Source: Candidatus Zhuqueibacterota bacterium (lineage in GTDB: Bacteria > Zhuqueibacterota > Zhuqueibacteria > Thermofontimicrobiales > Thermofontimicrobiaceae). From it: DNA of 62,369 nt. Positions 10,234 through 19,351 of this stretch are shown piece after piece. The notes under the pieces were generated by a model that did no database searches, was not told where the DNA came from, and was given only the letters and a program-made list of their open reading frames with translations. Location: NCBI GenBank assembly GCA_049322915.1, contig JBMOPW010000033.1:1-62369 (forward strand). The letters are read 5' to 3'. A program made the position numbers and the translations under genes. Within the stretch, counting starts at the first letter, position 1. Every line of letters begins with the position of its first letter.

Positions 10234-12429
10234 ATGGAAGAAAAATATGAAAAAGCGCTGGAAGAGTTGGTCGGCGAAATAATACAGTACAACGCTAATT
10301 TTGATGTTGAATTGTTGAAGAAGGCCTATCGATTCGCCTTCGAAGCGCATCGTGACCAGCTTCGTAAATCCGGCGAGCTGTTTTTTGAACATCCGTTAGC
10401 TGTGGCCCGCATCCTGGTGGAGCTGAAAATGGATGTCGGGACGATATGCGGCGGTCTGTTGCATGATGTTGCTGAAGATACCGGTGTGACGCTCGAAGAG
10501 GTCAGGGATAAGTTTGGCCCGGAGATCACCACGCTGGTGGACGGAGTGACAAAAATCAGCGAGTTGAAACTGGATACCGTGGAGAAGCGGCAGGCGGAGA
10601 ATTTCCGCAAAATGATTATTTCCATGGTGGAAGACATCCGGGTGATCCTGATTAAATTTGCCGACCGGCTGCACAACATGCGCACCATAGAATTCCTGCC
10701 GGAGCGAAAACGAGTTCGGATCGCGCGGGAGACTCGCGACGTGTATGCGCCCCTGGCCCATCGTCTGGGCATTGCCCGGGTGAAATGGGAACTGGAAGAC
10801 CTTGTCCTGAAAACGCTGAATCCTAAGGTCTATGAAGACCTCGTTCGCAAGATAACAGAAAAACGAGATGAACGCGAGAAATACATCGAGCGGGTGGCCA
10901 CGCCGATCAAGCGCGAATTGAAGAAAGTCAAAATTGATGCGACCATCACCGGCCGGCCCAAGCATTTTTACAGCATCTATCAGAAGATGCTCCGGCGCCA
11001 GCTTCCGTTCGAAGAGATCTACGACCTGCTGGCGATCCGCGTGATTGTTAAAAAATTGGAGGATTGTTATTTTGTTCTGGGTGTGGTGCACAGCCTGTTC
11101 ACTCCGGTGCACGAAAAATTCAACGATTATATCGCCACGCCCAAATCGAATATGTACCAATCCCTGCACACGAAAGTGATTGGCCCGGAAGGCCGCATGG
11201 TCGAAATTCAGATTCGCACCGAAGAGATGCATCGGACCGCTGAAGAAGGGATTGCCGCTCATTGGAAATATAAAGAGAGTCGATCGAAAGATGATGACCT
11301 GGACAAATACCTGGTCTGGCTGCGCCGCGTGCTGGAATGGCAGCAGGACGTGCCCGATTCCACGGAATTCATGGAAAATCTGAAAATCGATTTGTTCCAT
11401 GATGAAGTATTTGTCTTCACGCCCAGAGGGGATTTGTTCCGATTGCCAACAGGCGCCACGCCGGTCGACTTTGCTTTTGCGGTGCACACGGATGTCGGTT
11501 TCCATTGTCTCGGCGCGAAAGTCAACAGCAAAATTGTGCCTCTTTCGTATCACCTGCGCAGCGGCGATACAGTGGAAATTATCACATCCAATAACCAGCA
11601 TCCCAATCGCGATTGGATAAAATTTGTAAAAACGTCCAAAGCCCGGACGAAAATCAAACGATGGATTCGCGATTCCATGTTCGAGCAGAGTCTGAAATTG
11701 GGCGAGGAGATGCTGGCCAAAGAGTTGAAGAAGTTTGGCCTGAAAAAGGACGTGGAAGAGCTCACAGAGGTGGCTCAGAGTTACGGCTTTTCTGATTTAA
11801 ATCAATTCTATGCTGCGATCGGACATGGCGATATTCCCACATTGCGGGTCATTCACAAGATAGCGCCAGAGAAAGCAGAGCAGCCAAAAGAAGAAACGTT
11901 GCTCCGGCGATTCATCCGAAGGACAAAGAGTTCAGACAAAGGAGTGCGAGTACAGGGCATCGATAACATGCTCATCACATTCGGCAAATGTTGTCAGCCC
12001 GTACCGGGAGATCGAATCATCGGATTCATAACCAAAGGAAGGGGGGTGGTTGTTCACCGGACCGATTGCAAAAATATTGTTCAACTGATGAAAAACCCGG
12101 ATTTGAATATCGATGTGGAATGGGATGTCGACAGGGATAAACGATTCCTTGTCCGATTGTATATGGTAGCTCACGATCGGAGGGATTTTTTGCGGGATGT
12201 CACCGAAGCGATTTCTTCGGCAGAAACCAATATCGTCAATGTCTCTCTGCAGACCGAAGAATCGTTTGTACACAACAACATGCTCATCGAAGTGCGCAAC
12301 CTCAACCATCTGACGCGCATCATTAGTAAGATCAGGAAAATAAAGGGCATTATCAACGTGGAGCGTTTGGATGGTGACAGCCCCGGATTCATAAGATTTG
12401 ATCAAATGAATATGAATAACGAAACATAA
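10234..12429 (+). CDS. relA: Bifunctional (p)ppGpp synthetase/hydrolase (long RSH)
   Basis: HD motif LLHDVAED, KFADRLHNMRT, YQSLHT, EIQIRT, TGS domain (PVDFAFAVHT), KCCQPVPGD, C-terminal ACT; start inferred. Confidence 0.96.
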   Translation: MEEKYEKALEELVGEIIQYNANFDVELLKKAYRFAFEAHRDQLRKSGELFFEHPLAVARILVELKMDVGTICGGLLHDVAEDTGVTLEEVRDKFGPEITTLVDGVTKISELKLDTVEKRQAENFRKMIISMVEDIRVILIKFADRLHNMRTIEFLPERKRVRIARETRDVYAPLAHRLGIARVKWELEDLVLKTLNPKVYEDLVRKITEKRDEREKYIERVATPIKRELKKVKIDATITGRPKHFYSIYQKMLRRQLPFEEIYDLLAIRVIVKKLEDCYFVLGVVHSLFTPVHEKFNDYIATPKSNMYQSLHTKVIGPEGRMVEIQIRTEEMHRTAEEGIAAHWKYKESRSKDDDLDKYLVWLRRVLEWQQDVPDSTEFMENLKIDLFHDEVFVFTPRGDLFRLPTGATPVDFAFAVHTDVGFHCLGAKVNSKIVPLSYHLRSGDTVEIITSNNQHPNRDWIKFVKTSKARTKIKRWIRDSMFEQSLKLGEEMLAKELKKFGLKKDVEELTEVAQSYGFSDLNQFYAAIGHGDIPTLRVIHKIAPEKAEQPKEETLLRRFIRRTKSSDKGVRVQGIDNMLITFGKCCQPVPGDRIIGFITKGRGVVVHRTDCKNIVQLMKNPDLNIDVEWDVDRDKRFLVRLYMVAHDRRDFLRDVTEAISSAETNIVNVSLQTEESFVHNNMLIEVRNLNHLTRIISKIRKIKGIINVERLDGDSPGFIRFDQMNMNNET

Positions 12430-12488
12430 AACATATCAAGAGATTAATTATTAATCATTCATCGCAACAAAAATAAGGAGCTGAATCG

Positions 12489-12794
12489 ATGAAACGAACG
12501 ATAACCAAGAAGGATGTCGCAAAAAGAACAGCCAAATTGGTGGGGGAGAAAATCTATCTTACTGAGAAAGTCGTTGACGGCGTATTTACTACCTTGCGCG
12601 AATTCATGGCGGAAGCTGAACCGGAAGTTCGAATTGAGATTCGTGACTTTGGCGTATTCGAAGTGAAGACAACGAAACCCAAACCAAAAGCGAGAAATCC
12701 CAAAACCGGGGAAATTATTTATGTGCCAGCCCGGCGTAAGACCCATTTCAAAGCCGGTAAACTTTTAAAAGAAGTCTTGAAACAACCGCTATGA
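12489..12794 (+). CDS. HU/IHF family DNA-binding protein
   Basis: IEIRDFGVFEVK...ARNPKTGE...HFKAGKLLKE; AAGGAG RBS. Confidence 0.92.
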   Translation: MKRTITKKDVAKRTAKLVGEKIYLTEKVVDGVFTTLREFMAEAEPEVRIEIRDFGVFEVKTTKPKPKARNPKTGEIIYVPARRKTHFKAGKLLKEVLKQPL

Positions 12795-12877
12795 TAATAA
12801 ACCATAAAATATAACCGTCAGTGGTCCGTATGTCGGCTGACGGTTTATTACCTGGTGAAGAGAATAGGCGTTTAGAT

Positions 12878-13312
12878 GTGACAGAAGGTAGAATTTTAGG
12901 TCTGGATTATGGGCGGAAGCGCATTGGCATAGCCATCAGCGACCCACTCAGAATCACCGCACAGTCCCTGCCAACGATAATCGTCACAACATGGGAGAAG
13001 GTTCTATCTGATATTTTGGCCATCGTTCAGGAGCGTTCTGTGTCCCACATTATTGTTGGAATGCCCTTGCATCTCAAAGGTGAAAAGGGCTCAACAGCGC
13101 TGGAAGTGGAGAAATTCATCGCACAGATGAATACAGCGATTTCTGTTCCTGTGACGACCTGGGACGAACGATGGACAAGCCTGGTTGCCCAGCAGACTCT
13201 TATTGAAATGGGAAAGTCGCCCAGTCGTCATCGGGGAAGAGTTGATCAGATTGCCGCTCAGTTGATTTTACAGAATTATCTCGATTATTTGAGCTTGCAG
13301 CGGAGGACATAA
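12878..13312 (+). CDS. ruvX: YqgF/RuvX family nuclease
   Basis: RILGLDYGRKRIGIAISD, IIVGMP, WDERWTS, VDQIAAQLILQNYLD; GTG start inferred. Confidence 0.93.
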   Translation: MTEGRILGLDYGRKRIGIAISDPLRITAQSLPTIIVTTWEKVLSDILAIVQERSVSHIIVGMPLHLKGEKGSTALEVEKFIAQMNTAISVPVTTWDERWTSLVAQQTLIEMGKSPSRHRGRVDQIAAQLILQNYLDYLSLQRRT

Positions 13313-13334
13313 GTCCCCGGGTTCTCCCGGGGAC
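13313..13334. other. Perfect 9-bp hairpin immediately after the ruvX stop
   Basis: gtccccggg-ttct-cccggggac; no U-tract. Confidence 0.6.
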
Positions 13335-13752
13335 CGCATCACTGAGGATGCCGTTTGGGCTTTGGCATGGTTACTTTCAGATGATTGTCAAACCGGGCAA
13401 GCGAGTTCAATGTGACTGAGCCTGGGTGATCGATGATTTGGGCGATTTGGGATGGAACCACTTTCCGATCAGTCTGTCCGAAATTATCGGTCAGCCGCCG
13501 TTGGCTATTACAACAGCATTTCAGGGCGACACGCTGCTCAGGAATGAAATGTGAGTTAGAGAGATTTAGTTCATTCGTCACATTGAATCGGTTTCTTTCA
13601 GTGCTCAAAATGACGTGCTGGCGTTGCATTCACGACAGATACCCAGGTGGCGTGCGGACGAGCGTCAGCGCCGGCCAACTGCGCCTGATGCTGCATGTGT
13701 AAAAGAAGCTGATTCCATTTAAGGCAGCCGTCGACGCAGAACGACCTTCTTT

Positions 13753-13956
13753 TCATACGTTTTTGAGATCGGGCTGAAGTTCCGCCTTTGGCGATATTTC
13801 ATTTCCTGATTCTTCTTCAGTGGTTACAACCTGAAGTAAGTGATAGTATTCAAAAACCTTCCGAACCGTCCGCACCAAATTATCTTGCGTAACTGCCACC
13901 AATCCATGCAACTGCACGTTCCGCAGTAAGCGTTTAAAATAATCACACAGCATCAT
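13753..13956 (-). CDS. Small hypothetical protein (67 aa)
   Basis: On the minus strand GGAGGT lies a few nt upstream of ATGATG; MMLCDYFKRLLRNVQLHG...; no recognisable motif. Confidence 0.4.
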   Translation of the reverse strand: MMLCDYFKRLLRNVQLHGLVAVTQDNLVRTVRKVFEYYHLLQVVTTEEESGNEISPKAELQPDLKNV

Positions 13957-14311
13957 GACACACCTCCCTGGTAATTGGCAAATTATTGACAACTTCATCT
14001 TTCGAGGAGGCGCGGCAGAATCAGACTAAAAATTGGAATCCCGATGTCGCAGGCAGCCTGGTTCGACAAAATTTTCTACGTCACTGAAAGTGCAATATTT
14101 CAAGCCGACCGTTCGTAAGTCGCATCGTATTCATTCAAACTCAAAATGTCATTGCTCCGCGACCTTGCAGCAGTTGTGAACTGTTCAATGATTCATCATA
14201 CTGGCTTCTCAATGCTTCAATGAATTAATCCCGGGCAGGCGCTAAAAGCGATATTTTTGGGTTCGCCTGATGATAACAGTCAAATCACAGTAACCACAGC
14301 AGTAGTCTTTT

Positions 14312-15106
14312 ATGGAACAAAGCGCTCATTGTAGAATTACACATATCGGGACAGCGACGGTCATCATAGAAATCGGATCGCTTCGGATTTTGACCGATCC
14401 GGTGTTCGATCCTGCGGGAGGGCGCTATTCATTCGGTTGGAGAACTGGTTCAACCAAGCTCACGAGTCCCACGGTGGCAGTTGAATCATTGGGGCATATT
14501 GATCTTGTGCTGTTGAGTCACGAGCACCATGGGGATAATCTGGATCGAGCGGGACGAGCCTGGTTGCCTGATGCCGGTCAAGTTATCACGACAGTTTCAG
14601 GGGAACGTCGTTTACGGGGTAATGCCGTTGGTCTGAGCAAATGGGCATCTGTTGAAGTAGGTTCACGTGAGGGTTTGCGGGTGAAAGTGATCGCTACTCC
14701 GGCGCGCCATGGGCCTCTTTGGACTCGTCCCTTTGTTGGTGAAGTGATTGGATTCATTGTGGAGTGGGATGGACAACGACACGGTGCATTATATATCTCC
14801 GGGGATACGGTTTGGTTTCGAGGTATCGTCGAAGTAGGGCGTCGTTATAGAATCAGTACGGCAGTATTGCATCTGGGCGGTGTGCGGTTTCCACTCTACG
14901 GACCGATTCGTTTCACTTTCACTGGCGCGGAAGCAGCCCGCGCCGCTCAGGCTCTCAATGCCAGAACGATAGTGCCCATTCACTATGAAGGCTGGACGCA
15001 TTTCCGCGAATCACGTGCTGAAAGCGAACAGGCATTTATAGCAGCAGGGCTCGGGGACCGAGTCTTATGGTTGCCTCCGGGTGTGACATCGGAAATTGAA
15101 GTCTAG
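14312..15106 (+). CDS. MBL-fold metallo-hydrolase
   Basis: HIGTAT, ILTDPVF, LLSHEHHGDNLD, PARHGP, YISGDT, PIHYEGW. Confidence 0.9.
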   Translation: MEQSAHCRITHIGTATVIIEIGSLRILTDPVFDPAGGRYSFGWRTGSTKLTSPTVAVESLGHIDLVLLSHEHHGDNLDRAGRAWLPDAGQVITTVSGERRLRGNAVGLSKWASVEVGSREGLRVKVIATPARHGPLWTRPFVGEVIGFIVEWDGQRHGALYISGDTVWFRGIVEVGRRYRISTAVLHLGGVRFPLYGPIRFTFTGAEAARAAQALNARTIVPIHYEGWTHFRESRAESEQAFIAAGLGDRVLWLPPGVTSEIEV

Positions 15107-15255
15107 GTATCTCTCTGTGAAGGCTGTCACTGTGGATTCAAGTAGAAAGTACAACATTTCAATCATCTGTGAAATTTAAAAAATCAGTCGCTTGTTTGCA
15201 GGATAAAAACCAACACACATATTTCGATAAAAAACCAATGATTTAGGAGGATGAT

Positions 15256-15906
15256 ATGAGAACTTACATTATCTTCTTGACTGCTTTAATTACTTTTATT
15301 GGAAGCGCGGCTTATTCACAAATTGAAAAAGGGACGATTGAATTATCTGTGTCTGGTACGGCTGGCTCGTATAAGTACACGGAAGAATACACTGAAGTGA
15401 CAACCGACCCAATTTATGGTTCTCAAACACTCACTCACGGGCATAGCCAGGGCCCGGAGAAATATCTCATGATGTTTATCCGTCCGGGTTATTATATCAT
15501 CGATCGTTTGGCAATTGAACCAGAATTTATGTGGACAACAATGGATGGAACAGAGCCAAGTTTAAGTGTTAGTGGCAACGTTTCCTATAACCTTGCCATT
15601 CCAAACTCTTCGCTGACGTCTTTTTTATTTGCTGGCTATGGGATAGGAAATTCAATTCCATTCAATTACACATTGATTTTCAGAATGACCGATGATATGG
15701 ATGTCAAATTGATTAATCTCGGCGCCGGACTGAAAGCGCATTTAACCGAACGAGTTGTCTTTCGGGTGGAATACCGATACCAGATGTATTCAATGGAGAG
15801 TGAATATTCTTACAGCTATTATTCTTCTTCTTATAAACGAACTACCAAAACGGATTTTGATTTTCATAATCTCTTTTTTGGATTCTCATACATTATTCGG
15901 AAATAA
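15256..15906 (+). CDS. Outer-membrane beta-barrel protein
   Basis: Signal peptide, QIEKG, NLGAGLK..L.....FRVEYRY, C-terminal FGFSY; AGGAGG RBS. Confidence 0.75.
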   Translation: MRTYIIFLTALITFIGSAAYSQIEKGTIELSVSGTAGSYKYTEEYTEVTTDPIYGSQTLTHGHSQGPEKYLMMFIRPGYYIIDRLAIEPEFMWTTMDGTEPSLSVSGNVSYNLAIPNSSLTSFLFAGYGIGNSIPFNYTLIFRMTDDMDVKLINLGAGLKAHLTERVVFRVEYRYQMYSMESEYSYSYYSSSYKRTTKTDFDFHNLFFGFSYIIRK

Positions 15907-16029
15907 CGCTGTATCCTCTTCATATTCTATTTCGTGTGTGGGTGAAACAGGTAAGAACCGCATTGTAATGACATTTTGCCTGAGCATAGCCGGTTCTCGC
16001 CTGCGCCATCGACATACTCGGAGAGGATT

Positions 16030-16252
16030 TCTTCTTTTCGCTGCCCCGGTTCTTCGTGAGAGCCGGCTGGTGACGTGGATTCGTGCAGTGATGATCCTCT
16101 CCGGGACACTCGCGCTGGTTGGACTGAACTGCGTCGTGTTCAGCGAAATGCAACTTTGCACCAGTGGCATGGTCGGCTATGTCGGAGTGTTCCTCGTCGT
16201 CGTTGGGCTGCTGGCCGTTCTGCTCCATCGAAAGGCGCTCAGGGAGGCTTAA
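16030..16252 (+). pseudogene. 3' remnant of a membrane-protein gene
   Basis: Strongly hydrophobic LFAAPVLRESRLVTWIRAVMILSGTLALVGL...GYVGVFLVVVGLLAVLL with no plausible start; left boundary approximate. Confidence 0.45.
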
Positions 16253-16322
16253 CATGCATTGGAATTGCCGTTCAGTTTCAATCGGAATAACCCTTAAAAC
16301 CTTCATCAAATCGAGAGTCATT

Positions 16323-17027
16323 ATGTCAAAAAAACAAAGCCATTTCGCTTCGCGTCAATTCTTCTATTTGCTCTTCATAACTATTCTTCTATTCCAGTGT
16401 GTAGCGGGATTGAACGCCCAGACTCCGGCGCCCGACCACGATCGTTTTAGCCAGGAGATAAATGCGTTCATTCAATGGGACAGGAAAAACAGCTTTCCCG
16501 AACATGCAGTTCTTTTTGTCGGCAGCTCGAGCATCCGACTCTGGAATACTGCGTCATCTTTTCCAAAGCTAACAGTGATCAACCGTGGATTTGGTGGATC
16601 CGAGATTTCTGATGTCAATCACTATTACGATCACGTTGTAAAACGGTATAATCCGGCCAGGATTGTTTTTTACGCCGGGGATAATGATATAGCAGCAGGG
16701 AAATCAGCGAATCAGGTTATTGGGGATTTCCAGCTTTTCATTGAAAAGGTGGAACACGACTTTCCCAAAACCGAGGTATTTTATCTTCCAATTAAACCGA
16801 GCATTAGTCGCTGGAAATTGTGGCCGGAAATGGTGATTGCCAACGGGAAAATAAAGGCGTTCATCGAGACCAAGCCGAACTTGTTTTATGTCGATACGGC
16901 AACTCCCATGCTCGATGAATCAACCAGGCCCCGGCCCGAGCTTTTCATGGACGATGGCTTACATTTGAATGAGCGGGGTTATCAGTTGTGGAACGGGATT
17001 TTATCATCGTATCTCGAAAATAACTGA
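16323..17027 (+). CDS. SGNH/GDSL family hydrolase, secreted
   Basis: Signal peptide, FVGSSSIRLW, NRGFGGS, YAGDND, DGLHLN. Confidence 0.9.
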   Translation: MSKKQSHFASRQFFYLLFITILLFQCVAGLNAQTPAPDHDRFSQEINAFIQWDRKNSFPEHAVLFVGSSSIRLWNTASSFPKLTVINRGFGGSEISDVNHYYDHVVKRYNPARIVFYAGDNDIAAGKSANQVIGDFQLFIEKVEHDFPKTEVFYLPIKPSISRWKLWPEMVIANGKIKAFIETKPNLFYVDTATPMLDESTRPRPELFMDDGLHLNERGYQLWNGILSSYLENN

Positions 17028-17090
17028 CAGCCGTGCATCGATTGTCAGGGAAGGATGTTGTATTTTGCTGCACGATTAAAGAAAAAATAA

Positions 17091-17119
17091 TTGATTATTG
17101 GAATAGAAATCATTATCAT
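17091..17119 (+). promoter_or_regulatory. Candidate sigma70 promoter
   Basis: TTGATT, 17 bp, TATCAT, preceded by an A-tract. Confidence 0.45.
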
Positions 17120-17128
17120 TAATATACT

Positions 17129-17190
17129 GCTCGCAGGGGATTGCAAATCCCCTGCGAGCGGGAGGGATAGCAAATCCCCTGCGAGCGAAG
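17129..17190. repeat. REP-like palindrome doublet, left (collapsed)
   Basis: gctcgcaggggatt-gca-aatcccctgcgagc (perfect 14-bp stem) plus gggag, then a partial copy ending gcgagcgaag. Confidence 0.85.
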
Positions 17191-17256
17191 CGGGGCTCCC
17201 GGCCAACACGATCGCGGGTCGGAGCCGCGATTAAGATTCTTACTTTTTAAAGGAAG

Positions 17257-18033
17257 GTGGAAATGAAGAAACAGCTATACAAAATAAAATTTCCAGTAAC
17301 AGTACCTCATCAACTTGGACAGGATGAGGCGTTTTTCTACTTTATTGAGAACGGGAAAGAAATCAAACTCCGCTTTCACGATTATGCCGAGCTCTTTAAA
17401 CGACCTGGTCTATATGAGCAACTCTATTATCAACGTTTAAAATGCAATTCACCCAAAAAGGTAGTGGAGATATTGATCAAGGTTCTTCAAGAAAATCACG
17501 TTGAAATGTCTGAGTTACGAGTACTTGATCTTGGAGCAGGAAATGGGATGGTCGGCGAACTTCTTCATGTCGCACGAGTGGTAGGAGTTGACATCAGTCA
17601 GGAAGCGTATGTCGCTTGTGATCGTGATCGTCCGGGGGAGTATGATGCCTATTATGTGACGGACCTATGTAACCTGGACGTTGCCGCGAAAGAGGAATTG
17701 AATGATTGGCAGCTTGATTGTTTGACCTGCGTGGCCGCACTTGGTTTTAGCGATATCCCTACAAAGGCTTTCGCTACTGCGTTCAATCTTATCAAAGTCG
17801 GCGGATGGGTAGCCTTCAATATTAAAGAGACTTTTTTACAGGAAAGCGATCAATCTGGATTTGCGCGACTCACTAAATACCTTCTGACGAGTGACACCTT
17901 GGAGGTACATCATCTGGAGAGATATCGACATCGTATTTCCATTGATGGGCGTCCGATTTTCTATCACGCACTTGTCGGGAAAAAAGAATTTGACATTCCT
18001 TCAAACATATTAAGTGAGCTTGAAGGTGTTTGA
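17257..18033 (+). CDS. Class I SAM-dependent methyltransferase
   Basis: VLDLGAGNGMVGE, VGVDISQEA; start GTG 17257 or ATG 17263. Confidence 0.88.
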   Translation: MEMKKQLYKIKFPVTVPHQLGQDEAFFYFIENGKEIKLRFHDYAELFKRPGLYEQLYYQRLKCNSPKKVVEILIKVLQENHVEMSELRVLDLGAGNGMVGELLHVARVVGVDISQEAYVACDRDRPGEYDAYYVTDLCNLDVAAKEELNDWQLDCLTCVAALGFSDIPTKAFATAFNLIKVGGWVAFNIKETFLQESDQSGFARLTKYLLTSDTLEVHHLERYRHRISIDGRPIFYHALVGKKEFDIPSNILSELEGV

Positions 18034-18107
18034 TAGTGGGTTCTCATTCGTAATACGAATGAAGCCGAACAAGCGCATGTAGCTGACTTGCAGGGCGTTC
18101 TTTTAAT

Positions 18108-18267
18108 GCTCGCAGGGATTAGCAAATCCCCTGCGAGCGGGAGCGGACGAGCGGAGAAGTTGAGCAACAGGGAATGGTAGGCCGCAGAATTAGCGGCTGA
18201 GTTGCCCAGGGAATAAAATTCCGAGTTCATTGTACCGCAGGGGATTGCAAATCCCCTGCGAGCGAAG
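18108..18267. repeat. REP-like palindrome doublet, right
   Basis: gctcgcagggattagcaaatcccctgcgagcgggag (18108-18143) and cgcaggggattgcaaatcccctgcgagcgaag (18236-18267). Confidence 0.85.
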
Positions 18268-18343
18268 ATTGAATGGATTTCGATGGCGAGCCGGAATATG
18301 GCAGCATTGATCACGATTATTTGAAGGAACAGGTCAATCAAAA

Positions 18344-19351
18344 ATGGAAACGACGAAATTTAGAATTGGGATTGTAGGGGTGACCGGGATTGCCCAGATC
18401 GCGCATCTCCCTATTTTGAAAGGGATGAAGAATGTTGAAGTAGTCGCCCTCTGCGATTCCAACGTTGACCATGCCCATCGCATTGCCAACAAATTCAACG
18501 TGCCCCGGGTTTATTCCGATATCGAAGAGATGCTGCAATTCTCAGAAATAGACCTGGTGGACGTGTGTACGCCGGTGCAGTTTCACGTGCCCAATGCCCT
18601 GGCTGCCCTTGAAAATGGAAAACATGTCCTCATCGAAAAGCCGTTCGCTGATAACTATTCCGATGCCGAGGAAATAGTGCGGGCTGCGACCCGATGTGAT
18701 CGAAACATCCTGTCCGTTCAAAATCTCCGCTATCGACCTGACGCCATCATTTTGAGAAATATTATCGACCACAAATTATTGGGGAATATCCGTTATGCAA
18801 AGTCGGGCTGGCTGCGCCGCAATGAAAGATGGCGCATGCCCGCAACCGAAGAATTCGAGGAGGCGGATGTCCTGAAGCTGTTGGGGCTTCAACTGCTTGA
18901 TCTGGATTTATGGTTGCTGGGTAATCCCGGTATACGATCTGTCAAGGCTACCACATTTCAGTTATCCCCGGATGAGAAAGAAGATTCGGCTTTTGTCCAG
19001 GTGCAGCTTGAAAACGAAGTCATGTTAACCGCCGAGATCGGCTGGAATATGAAATGCGGGAAAGACTTTCGGTTCGTGAACCTGGTCGGGGACAATGGCG
19101 TGGCCCGATTGAATCCTTTGACAATCTTTCGCGATCAAAATGGCAAGTTGGTGGACATCACGCCATCCCAGCGTATCGTGCAGGATAAGTCCTTCCAGCG
19201 ATCGTATGAGAACGAGCTCTCTCATTATGTATTCTGTCTGTCGCATCATCAGAAAATCGAATCGCACAGGCAAGAGATAATCCAACGCTTCCGACTGCTT
19301 GATGCGATTAAAAAATCAGTTTCCACAAGAAAAGAGATAGAGGTGGAATGA
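18344..19351 (+). CDS. Gfo/Idh/MocA family oxidoreductase
   Basis: RIGIVGVTGIAQIAH Rossmann fold, GKHVLIEKP. Confidence 0.9.
   Translation: METTKFRIGIVGVTGIAQIAHLPILKGMKNVEVVALCDSNVDHAHRIANKFNVPRVYSDIEEMLQFSEIDLVDVCTPVQFHVPNALAALENGKHVLIEKPFADNYSDAEEIVRAATRCDRNILSVQNLRYRPDAIILRNIIDHKLLGNIRYAKSGWLRRNERWRMPATEEFEEADVLKLLGLQLLDLDLWLLGNPGIRSVKATTFQLSPDEKEDSAFVQVQLENEVMLTAEIGWNMKCGKDFRFVNLVGDNGVARLNPLTIFRDQNGKLVDITPSQRIVQDKSFQRSYENELSHYVFCLSHHQKIESHRQEIIQRFRLLDAIKKSVSTRKEIEVE

Noticed and set aside
13348..13554. Possible selenoprotein (…VQCD-TGA-AWV…)
   Set aside because: No CxxU/UxxC context, no recognisable family and no convincing SECIS hairpin
17099..17117. Fur-box-like sequence
   Set aside because: Only 13/19 match in AT-rich DNA and no iron-related gene downstream
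17129..18267. Palindromic repeats as a CRISPR array
   Set aside because: Spacing is irregular (a few nt, about 92 nt, about 900 nt), a gene lies between them, and no cas genes are present
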